Source: Vicinamibacterales bacterium
GTDB lineage: Bacteria > Acidobacteriota > Vicinamibacteria > Vicinamibacterales > UBA2999
Assembly: GCA_050185275.1 (NCBI GenBank)
Contig: JBFWZN010000003.1
Coordinates: 147,436 to 211,435 of the forward strand
Direction of reading: 5' to 3'
Length of the DNA: 64,000 nt
Shown: one piece after another, positions 10,118 through 17,384 of the stretch
Layout: the number at the start of each line of letters is the position of its first letter
How positions within the stretch are numbered: position 1 is the first letter of the stretch
Translations under genes and position numbers: made by a program
Notes under the pieces: model-generated
What the model was told of the DNA's origin: nothing
Databases searched by the model: none
Seen by the model: the letters and a program-made list of their open reading frames with translations, nothing else

Positions 10118-10549
10118 TCAGAGGTTGGTGAGAGCCTTCTTGATGCGCGGGTAGGTGCCGCACACGCAAAGGTTCTTACACTCGGACGCGATTTCCTTCC
10201 CGCGATGCCCGTCGTTGATGGCGCCGGCCACGGTCATGAGCATGCCTGGCTGGCAGTAGCCGCACTGGGGCACCTGCTCGTCGATCCAGGCCTGCTGTGC
10301 AGGGTGCAGGCCTTCGGCGCCGAGTCCCTCGATGGTCACGATCTTCTTGCCGACCGCCGACGATGCGTCGAACACGCACGAGTGCTCGCGTTGTCCGTCG
10401 ATGAGCACCGTACACGCGCCGCACACTTCGATGCCGCATCCGTACTTCGTGCCGGTGAGTCCGATCAGATCCCGCAGTACCCACAGCAGCGGCATGTCAG
10501 GTTTGCTGACGGAAACTGTGTAGTTCTTCCCGTTCACGTTGAACGTCAT
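10118..10549 (-). CDS. (2Fe-2S)-binding small subunit of the molybdoenzyme (IorA-like)
   Basis: Plant-type and second [2Fe-2S] cysteine clusters are present: CGIEVCGACTV and CGYCQPGM. Confidence 0.9.
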   Translation of the reverse strand: MTFNVNGKNYTVSVSKPDMPLLWVLRDLIGLTGTKYGCGIEVCGACTVLIDGQREHSCVFDASSAVGKKIVTIEGLGAEGLHPAQQAWIDEQVPQCGYCQPGMLMTVAGAINDGHRGKEIASECKNLCVCGTYPRIKKALTNL

Positions 10550-11075
10550 GCGGCTCCTCCCCTAAGACAGAAATAAGACTCTCGCCTGCGTGTCTGGTGT
10601 CAGGCCAAGCGCCCGTGCGCTGAAGCAAGGAGGACGCCAGAAACAGCACACGCCGACGCGCCCGCACGAAGGGGCCGCCCAGTATCGCGATCGCGGCGCG
10701 CTGGAGAACAGGTGTCGGGCTGGAAGGTGAGCGCGTCACTCCAGGCACTTCTCGAGCGGCGACTCTCCGGGAGATGTCTCGGCGCCGTCAAGGCGCGATG
10801 GCCACGGACTGTATTGACCAGTGTCAGTACTGGTTTCGCAAATTACACGGTTGGTGTTCGGGCGGATGAACGCCTTTGATAAGACGAATCTAAGAGTCGC
10901 GGGATCTCGTGATGCGAATCGACCTCCCTGCTCCTGTGGTGGAGCACAGAGCTCCTGAAGCGATACCAGCAGAAGCGCGCGGTCGGTCTCACGCCCCGCA
11001 GATTGGCAGCCTGCCGAGCACCTGGAAGCCGGCCGAGCCGCTGCCGCAGACGCCCCGGCGGCGCCCGCACCGGCT

Positions 11076-13052
11076 GTGGCGGGGTTCGGCACCGACGGTG
11101 TATCGTTCGGGACTCCCCCCATGGCGTCCCACACCACCCGGCCACCCCGCCCGCCGCATCGCGAGCCGGCTGACGCCTTTGTGCACGAGGCGGAGCGGCA
11201 GCTGCGCGAGGAAGGCCTCTCCGGCGCCGACGAAGAGTTCTCCGCGCCTGCCGAGGCACTGCCCGCCGAGCCCGCACGCTTCATGCTGCACTTCCTCGGC
11301 TACTACCGGTGGCCGCTGGTGTTCATGTTCGCGCTCGAGCTGGGTCAGGCGGCGTGCCAGATCCTGATTCCGAAGGCGGTGCAGCGGCTCATCGACTCGG
11401 CGGTGGCGCTGCAGGGCACGACAACCGAGTCGGTGTGGACCGCGCTGGCCGGTCCCATGTGGTTCTTCGTGGCCCTCAACATCGGCATCCTGGTGTTCAG
11501 CCGCGTCAGCGGGGCCACCCTGGTGATGGTCGGCCCGGCGCTTCGGCGACGCGTGCGCAACAGCCTGTATGCCTATCTGCAGCGGCACTCGCAGCGCTAC
11601 TTCATGGGCAATTTCGCGGGCTCGCTGGCCAATCGCCTCTCCGAAGTGTCGATGGGCGTCAACCACTCGTTGTGGACGGTCCTGTTCGACTTCTGGCCCG
11701 TCACGGTCACGCTCGTCGTGTCCTTCGTCCTGCTCGCCCAGGTGAACGCGTGGCTGGCCATCGTGCTCGCCACGTGGACGGTGGCGTACGTGATCGTGTC
11801 GTACCGGCTGGCAATGCGGTGCCGGGAGTATGCGCGGACGTTCGCGGCGGCACGGAGCGCGGTGAGCGGCAAGATCGTGGACGCTGTCACCAACGTGATG
11901 AGTTCCAAGCTGTTCGCCCGCATGGAGCACGAGCGGCGCTACCTGAGTCACTACCTCGACCTGGAGGTGACGGCCGCGAAGCGCACGTTCTGGTTCATGG
12001 AGCGCATGCGCTGGTTCCAGTTCGTCGCGACGCTCTCGCTGCAGGTCGGCATGATTGGCTACGCTGCGGACCTATGGCTCGGTGGCGGCATCTCCGTGGG
12101 GTCGTTTGCCATGGTGGCGAGCCTGCTGCTGCTCGTCATCAACGACGTCCGCAATCTGAGCCGGCGGTTCCTCGAGTTCTTCGAGTACATCGGCAACATC
12201 ACCGACGGCGTGGGTGTGATCATCCGGCCCCACGAGGTCACGGACGCGGGCGCGGCGCGCGAGCTGCACGTCACGGGCGGCGAGATCCGGTTCGAGCAGG
12301 TGGACTTCCGGTACCCGGGCGGCATGGAGGTCTTTCGCGGGCTGTCGCTGACGATCCGGCCGGGCGAGCGCGTCGGCCTCGTCGGCTTCTCCGGCTCCGG
12401 CAAGTCCACGTTCGTGAACCTGATTCTTCGCCTCTACGACATTCAGGGCGGGCGCATTCTCATCGACGGCCAGGACATCCGGGAGGTGACGCAGGATTCG
12501 CTCAGACGGGCGGTGGCGATGATCTCCCAGGACCCGATGCTGTTCCACCGGTCGCTGCTCGAGAACGTGCGCTACGGCCGGCTGGATGCGAGTGACCAGG
12601 AAGTGCAGGACGCGGCCCGGCAGGCACACGCGCACGAGTTCATCGTGTCGTTGCCCGAAGGCTATGAATCGCTCGTCGGCGAACGCGGCGTGCGGCTGTC
12701 GGGCGGCCAGCGCCAGCGCATTGCCATCGCGCGGGCCATCCTGAAGGACGCGCCCATCTTCTTCATGGACGAAGCCACGTCGAGCCTCGATTCGGTCACC
12801 GAACGCCACATCCAGAACAGCATCGAGCGCCTGATGCGCAATCGCACGTCCATCGTCATTGCCCATCGGCTGTCGACGATCGCGCACCTGAACCGGATCG
12901 TGGTCTTCCACGAGGGCGAGGTCGTGGAGGACGGGACGCACGCGGAGCTGCTCGCGCGCGGCGGCCACTACGCGCGCCTCTGGAGCATGCAGGCCGGCGG
13001 GTTTCTGCCGGAGCACCTCGGGGAGGAAGCGTGGCTCCCGGAGGTCCGCTGA
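11076..13052 (+). CDS. ABC transporter, fused permease/ATP-binding exporter (MsbA/ABCB-like)
   Basis: Six-TM N-terminal half. Walker A GFSGSGKST, signature LSGGQRQRIAIARA, Walker B IFFMDEATSSLD. The start is ambiguous (11076 or 11121). Confidence 0.88.
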   Translation: MAGFGTDGVSFGTPPMASHTTRPPRPPHREPADAFVHEAERQLREEGLSGADEEFSAPAEALPAEPARFMLHFLGYYRWPLVFMFALELGQAACQILIPKAVQRLIDSAVALQGTTTESVWTALAGPMWFFVALNIGILVFSRVSGATLVMVGPALRRRVRNSLYAYLQRHSQRYFMGNFAGSLANRLSEVSMGVNHSLWTVLFDFWPVTVTLVVSFVLLAQVNAWLAIVLATWTVAYVIVSYRLAMRCREYARTFAAARSAVSGKIVDAVTNVMSSKLFARMEHERRYLSHYLDLEVTAAKRTFWFMERMRWFQFVATLSLQVGMIGYAADLWLGGGISVGSFAMVASLLLLVINDVRNLSRRFLEFFEYIGNITDGVGVIIRPHEVTDAGAARELHVTGGEIRFEQVDFRYPGGMEVFRGLSLTIRPGERVGLVGFSGSGKSTFVNLILRLYDIQGGRILIDGQDIREVTQDSLRRAVAMISQDPMLFHRSLLENVRYGRLDASDQEVQDAARQAHAHEFIVSLPEGYESLVGERGVRLSGGQRQRIAIARAILKDAPIFFMDEATSSLDSVTERHIQNSIERLMRNRTSIVIAHRLSTIAHLNRIVVFHEGEVVEDGTHAELLARGGHYARLWSMQAGGFLPEHLGEEAWLPEVR

Positions 13053-13065
13053 ACAGCCGTCGAAA

Positions 13066-13185
13066 CGCGCCAGTGATCCCGACGAGATTCTCGGGGACTA
13101 TCCGTACCTGGAGCCCGACGACATCACTGCCGTGCTGGAGTTTGCCGCGCGCCAGAACGGCCACCCGGTCCTCCGGAGCGCGTAG
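13066..13185 (+). pseudogene. C-terminal fragment of a DUF433-type antitoxin (5' end missing)
   Basis: The frame ending at TAG 13183-13185 reads SDPDEILGDYPYLEPDDITAVLEFAARQ. This matches the conserved C-terminus of DUF433 proteins. No N-terminal part or start codon exists, and it abuts the ABC gene stop. Confidence 0.5.
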
Positions 13186-13398
13186 GTGCGCTTCCTTGTC
13201 GACGCCCAGTTGCCCCCTGTCCTGGCCCGTCGGCTCGAATCTCTGGGTCATCGTGCCGAGCACGTGGCCGACCAGGGCTGGTTCGTCCGCGAGGTCGAGA
13301 AGGGCCTCGCGGAGATCGACGCCGGGGAAGTCCTGACCCACGACGCCGTAGGTGACCGCCTAGAGCAGAGGCTAGCTGAGCATCAGTCCCGTCGGTGA
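13186..13398 (+). pseudogene. DUF5615 (PIN-like toxin) N-terminal remnant fused to an unrelated antitoxin-like tail
   Basis: VRFLVDAQLPPVLARRLESLGHRAEHVAD matches the DUF5615 N-terminus. After about 30 aa the sequence changes to EKGLAEIDAGEVLTHDAVGDRLEQRL, which looks like a CopG/ParD-type antitoxin C-terminus. The 4-nt TAGGTG junction with the DUF433 fragment is typical of a former TA operon. Confidence 0.45.
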
Positions 13399-13433
13399 TG
13401 GAACTCCGGTGGTGATCCACCCAAGCCCAGGTC

Positions 13434-13640
13434 TCAGCGCGCGGTCCGCCTCGTCAGCCGGCGCCGGGCAACAGCACGGAGACGCGGCTCAGAGCCGCCG
13501 AGCGCCGCGAGCCTACGGGCGCTCTCGCGGGCAATCAGCGCGCGCAGGCCCTCGTGCACGAGGGCGGTCTGCTCCTGCACACCCGTGATCGCGCGGGCCT
13601 TGGCCACCAGTTCGTCGTCCAGGATCAGCGTCGTTCGCAC
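13434..13640 (-). CDS. VapB-type (DUF2191-like) type II antitoxin, apparently orphan
   Basis: MRTTLILDDELVAKARAITGVQEQTALVHEGLRALIARESARRLAALGG is the classic short VapB family pattern. No intact PIN toxin lies downstream. Confidence 0.6.
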   Translation of the reverse strand: MRTTLILDDELVAKARAITGVQEQTALVHEGLRALIARESARRLAALGGSEPRLRAVARRRLTRRTAR

Positions 13641-13793
13641 TGCATCAGTCTGGCGTCACGATGCATACGCGTCAACGAGCACTGTTGGAAAGCCCTTTGC
13701 CGACCTGTTGGCCGCAAGGCACACTAGTCGCCAAGAGGGCACTGATGAAGATAGCCCGGTTGCGCAACGATCGCTGCCACCAAAGAGGAGGGT

Positions 13794-14384
13794 ATGACTT
13801 TCTGTCCTGACTTCGGCGAAGTGACACAAATCACGGCCGGGAAGCATGTACGCGCGGTCGGCTGGCTGAGTATCAATCACGACTACACCACGGGCAATGC
13901 CCCCGGCGACTTCGTGGCGCGTCTGCGAGAGTTCTGCGCTAACTACTCGGCGTCCGAAGACGAGCTCGGGTTCGGCATGTTCTGTGGCTTCCACACGTGC
14001 GAATTCTGCGGCGACTGTCGTGGCATTGGAAACGTGGGAGTGCCCGCCGGCGATCTCCTCTACGTGGCGCCGGAGATGATTCATCACTACGTGACGGCGC
14101 ACCGGTATTTGCCGCCGGCTGAGTTCGTGGAGGCTGTCATGGCGTGCCCACTGCCGGGGACGGCAGAGTACAAGCGGCTTGCGCATCCCTTTCGCGAGCA
14201 TCAAGCCGCGTTCGAAAGGGAATGTTTCAACATCACGGTGCGAACGGCCGCGAAGTGGGCATTCGAGAACGGGGGCGAGTCGCGGATACCGACAGCGATA
14301 TCGTGCTACTTCATCAGCAGGGACGCGGAATGCGAGCGCTTGGTCCGCGCCGAGTTCGCGGCCCTCACCAACAGGAAGGGCTGA
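13794..14384 (+). CDS. hypothetical Cys-rich protein (conserved-looking core GFHTCEFCGDC...GNVGVP...LYVAPEMIHHYVTAHRYLPPAEFVEAV)
   Basis: 196-aa ORF in a locally lower-GC pocket with an AGGAGGG RBS before the ATG. The motif pattern resembles an uncharacterised actinobacterial/soil-bacterial DUF family. The family name was not verified. Confidence 0.5.
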   Translation: MTFCPDFGEVTQITAGKHVRAVGWLSINHDYTTGNAPGDFVARLREFCANYSASEDELGFGMFCGFHTCEFCGDCRGIGNVGVPAGDLLYVAPEMIHHYVTAHRYLPPAEFVEAVMACPLPGTAEYKRLAHPFREHQAAFERECFNITVRTAAKWAFENGGESRIPTAISCYFISRDAECERLVRAEFAALTNRKG

Positions 14385-14394
14385 CCGCGGCACC

Positions 14395-15963
14395 CTAAGC
14401 CCGCGCCGCCATCAGCGCCGCCAGCTCCCCCACGTTGCCCAGCGCGTCCAGCGCGTTCACCCGCTCCACGATGGCCTGCGCGCGCGCCTCGCCCAGCACT
14501 GGCGCGATGAGGCTGCGGGCCTTGTCCGCCACCTGCGCGTACGAGAGCGGGTTCTCCCGGGTGCCGGGCGCGTGGCGGGTGAACCGCTCCACCGTGCGCC
14601 CGTCGGCGAGCGTCACCTGCACCAGGCCGCTGCGCGGGGCGCTGGGGTCGTCCAGCTGCGGATCCCCGATGAGGGTCACGCGCTCCCGTACCGCGCGCAC
14701 GGCGGGGTCCGACATCCGTTCGCGCGAGTGGCTGGCGTCGAACGAGACGGTGCCGTCCACGAGTGCCACCGCCATGAGGTGCTGGCAGTTCACGTCGGGC
14801 ATCGGGCTGTTGTCCACGATGCCGGCGCCGTCGGGCGGCATGCGCACCACGATGCGCGACACCGAGGCCGGCGTGAGCGCGTGCTCCCGGTACAGGCTCA
14901 GGAACGCGTCGAGCGGTGACTGGATGGGATAGCCCACCGAAAACACCTTGATGGCTGTCTCCGACACGTAGAAGCGCGACCCGAGGTCGGCCACCAGTTC
15001 CTCGGGACGCGGCACGGTGGACAGCGCCTGCACCAGGCTGCGCGTGCCGTCCAGCACGTCGTCCACGCCGGTGAACCCCGCCATCACCATGGTGGCGCCC
15101 GCCACGCCGTTGCGCGCCCCCATGCCCGAGAAGTCGAACGCCTTCTCGGTGTGGTCTTCATCGCGGCGCCAGCTCCACAGCCCCGACATCTGTTGCGCGG
15201 CATAGGAGAGCGCAAAGCGCATCTGCCGTTCGTCGAACCGCGCCATCGCCGCCGCGGCGGCTGCGGCGCCAAACGTGGAACTCAGCCCCTCGGCGCTCCG
15301 GTGCGTGGCGCGCACATGATCCGGCCCCAGCGCCATCAGCACGCGGCAGCACAGGTCGTAGCCGAGCACCACGGCCCGGATGAACTCGCGCCCCGGCCGG
15401 CCCTGCCACTCACCCACCGCCAGCGCCGCCGGCACCACGCTGCAGCCGGGATGCGCCTTCGTCACCGGCTCGAAGTCGTCCGTCTCGTCGGCGTGCGCCA
15501 GCATCCCGCCGGCGAAGGCCGCGTTCACCGCCGTGGTGCGGATGTTGGTGCAGGCCACCGACGCCTGCGGCGTGCCGCCCTGCTCCCGCACGTAGGTCAT
15601 TGCCAGCTGGCCGGGCGGGAGCGACGAGCCAGACACGATGGCCGCCAGGGTGTCGAGGATGCGCGCCTTCGCGTCGTCCATGGCCTGCGCCGGGATGTCG
15701 CGGCCGGGGGCGGCGGCCATGTAGCGCGCGAGCCGGCCCGTGAGGTCGCTCCCGGCCTGGGCTGGAGCCGCCTGTGCTGCCTGGGCCGTCTGCGTCGCCA
15801 GTGCGGCCTGCGCCGCCTGCGCCAGCGTGGGCGTGGGCTGCATCACGTGCGCACCGGCCAGCAGGCCCGCCACGGCGCCGCCGGCGGTAGAGAGCGCCTC
15901 GCGACGCGTGGGCTGGTGCGCGCGGACTCGGGTGCGTGGCGATCGCCTGGTCATGGGCGCCAT
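14395..15963 (-). CDS. MmgE/PrpD-family protein with an N-terminal Tat-like signal
   Basis: ARILDTLAAIVSGSSLPPG and HADETDDFEPVTKAHPGCSVVPAALAVGE are typical PrpD-family motifs. The N-terminus TRREALSTAGGAVAGLLAG is followed by an AQ-rich linker. The start is 15963 or 15954. Confidence 0.8.
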   Translation of the reverse strand: MAPMTRRSPRTRVRAHQPTRREALSTAGGAVAGLLAGAHVMQPTPTLAQAAQAALATQTAQAAQAAPAQAGSDLTGRLARYMAAAPGRDIPAQAMDDAKARILDTLAAIVSGSSLPPGQLAMTYVREQGGTPQASVACTNIRTTAVNAAFAGGMLAHADETDDFEPVTKAHPGCSVVPAALAVGEWQGRPGREFIRAVVLGYDLCCRVLMALGPDHVRATHRSAEGLSSTFGAAAAAAAMARFDERQMRFALSYAAQQMSGLWSWRRDEDHTEKAFDFSGMGARNGVAGATMVMAGFTGVDDVLDGTRSLVQALSTVPRPEELVADLGSRFYVSETAIKVFSVGYPIQSPLDAFLSLYREHALTPASVSRIVVRMPPDGAGIVDNSPMPDVNCQHLMAVALVDGTVSFDASHSRERMSDPAVRAVRERVTLIGDPQLDDPSAPRSGLVQVTLADGRTVERFTRHAPGTRENPLSYAQVADKARSLIAPVLGEARAQAIVERVNALDALGNVGELAALMAARA

Positions 15964-16130
15964 TCTGCGGGGGATTGGGGCGGGGACACAAGCTGCGGAC
16001 GCAAGCCAGGCCTGCTCTCCGAGTAGCCTCGGGAACAACCCTCAGGAGTAGACCACCTGTTCCATTGTGCAGGCCGATCGTGCCTGCCACACTCGCACCC
16101 CATTCCGGGCCCTGCCCGCAAGGAGGCGTG

Positions 16131-16796
16131 ATGCACACGATGGTTGCCCTGCTCACCGCGGCGATGGTTCTCGCGGCGTCCCTGGCCGAAGGCGCGCCCC
16201 TGCTCGTGAACGGCAGCTTCGAGCAGGGCCCGCCGATGGGCGGGCTCCACGACGTGGACGTGCTGGCGGCCTCCACGTCCATCGTCGGCTGGACGGTGTT
16301 CGGCCAGTCGGTGGACTACATGGGGCCGCCGTGGGACGTCTCGGACGGCGCCCACGCGGTGGACCTGGACGGCCGCAACGCACTCTTCAGCGGCATCAGG
16401 CAGGCGTTTGCCACTGATGTCGGGGAGTGGTACCGCCTGTCGTTCGACCTGTCTGGCAACCCGCAGGGCGGCGCGGCCATCAAGCGCGTGCTGGTGTCGG
16501 TGGGTGTGATCACACGCGACTACCAGTTCGACACGTCGGGCCAGTCCGTCACCACCCTCCTCTGGGCACCCGTGTCGCTGCAGTTCCAGACCTTCGAGCC
16601 CTCGACCACGCTGTCGTTCATGAGCCTCACCGGAGCACCCAGCAGCTACGGCGCGGCCATCGACCATGTAGTGGTGGAGCGCGCTGTGCCGGTGCCGGAG
16701 CCGGGGGCGCTTCTGCTGCTCGTGTCGGGGCTCGCGGGCTGGGTGGTGGTCCGTCGGCAGCGGGCCGATGGTAGCATGACGCGGCCTGAGCCATGA
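16131..16796 (+). CDS. PEP-CTERM protein with DUF642-like lectin/jelly-roll domain
   Basis: AAGGAGG RBS and signal peptide MHTMVALLTAAMVLAASLAEG. LVNGSFE...GWTV...DGAHAVDLDG resembles DUF642. The C-terminus is VPVPEPGALLLLVSGLAGWVVVRRQR. Confidence 0.75.
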   Translation: MHTMVALLTAAMVLAASLAEGAPLLVNGSFEQGPPMGGLHDVDVLAASTSIVGWTVFGQSVDYMGPPWDVSDGAHAVDLDGRNALFSGIRQAFATDVGEWYRLSFDLSGNPQGGAAIKRVLVSVGVITRDYQFDTSGQSVTTLLWAPVSLQFQTFEPSTTLSFMSLTGAPSSYGAAIDHVVVERAVPVPEPGALLLLVSGLAGWVVVRRQRADGSMTRPEP

Positions 16797-17047
16797 ACGA
16801 GGACGTCAAGGGGGGGAAGCAAGCCCTCGAAGCCGGCAACCGCGCAGAGGCTCGAGCGTGCTTCGAGCGCGCACTCGATAGCCCAATAGCCCAGGTCAAG
16901 CGGATCGCCAGGAACCATCTGGATGACCTGAATCTACAGCCCGGGTACCCAAGCGAGTGGAAACGCTTGCCGCATCTCTATCATCTCGAGAAATGCGCTG
17001 CGAACCGGGCAACGTTTGACAGGATTCGTCAACGCTTCGCCGACTAG
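16793..17047 (+). CDS. small hypothetical protein (TPR-like helix pair?)
   Basis: 84-aa ORF with an ATGA overlap to the upstream stop. GC is lower than the flank. It has no recognisable motif beyond ALEAGNRAEARACFERAL. Confidence 0.3.
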   Translation: MNEDVKGGKQALEAGNRAEARACFERALDSPIAQVKRIARNHLDDLNLQPGYPSEWKRLPHLYHLEKCAANRATFDRIRQRFAD

Positions 17048-17384
17048 CGAGCGGCCGAGGCCGAGGGCCTTACGCCCTGCCCCACGTGCAAGCCGAGACC
17101 CACGGGAAGCAGAGCCCTCTAGTACGCGCTCGCTAGCCCCAGAGCGACATTCACCTCTTCAAGAGCGGCCTGAGCACCGACCCGGCGCGTGCTGCTCACC
17201 GCTTCTCAAAGCTGGTGGCTTCGCTCTTCATGAGCTCGTCGAACTAGACCAACTCACCTTGAGGCCTTAGGTCTTTGAGAAATCATACGACGGAGCATGG
17301 CCGCTGCAGCATCGCCGTCTGCTCACGGCCATTTCGCACGCAGCCTGTAGAGTTGCTCTCATCCTCCATGGTCACGCATAGTAA

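Noticed and set aside
13124-13420. 98-aa ORF downstream of VapB as a possible VapC toxin
   Set aside because: It has no PIN-domain acidic residues or typical N-terminal (I/V)xDTSV motif. Its Arg/Gly/Pro-rich sequence is antisense to the DUF5615 remnant.
15740-15830. Short GC-rich periodicity (GCCTGSGC-type) that could be mistaken for a repeat array
   Set aside because: It is the coding sequence of the AQ-rich linker of the PrpD-family protein on the minus strand. There is no spacer/repeat architecture, and no CRISPR array was seen anywhere in the window.
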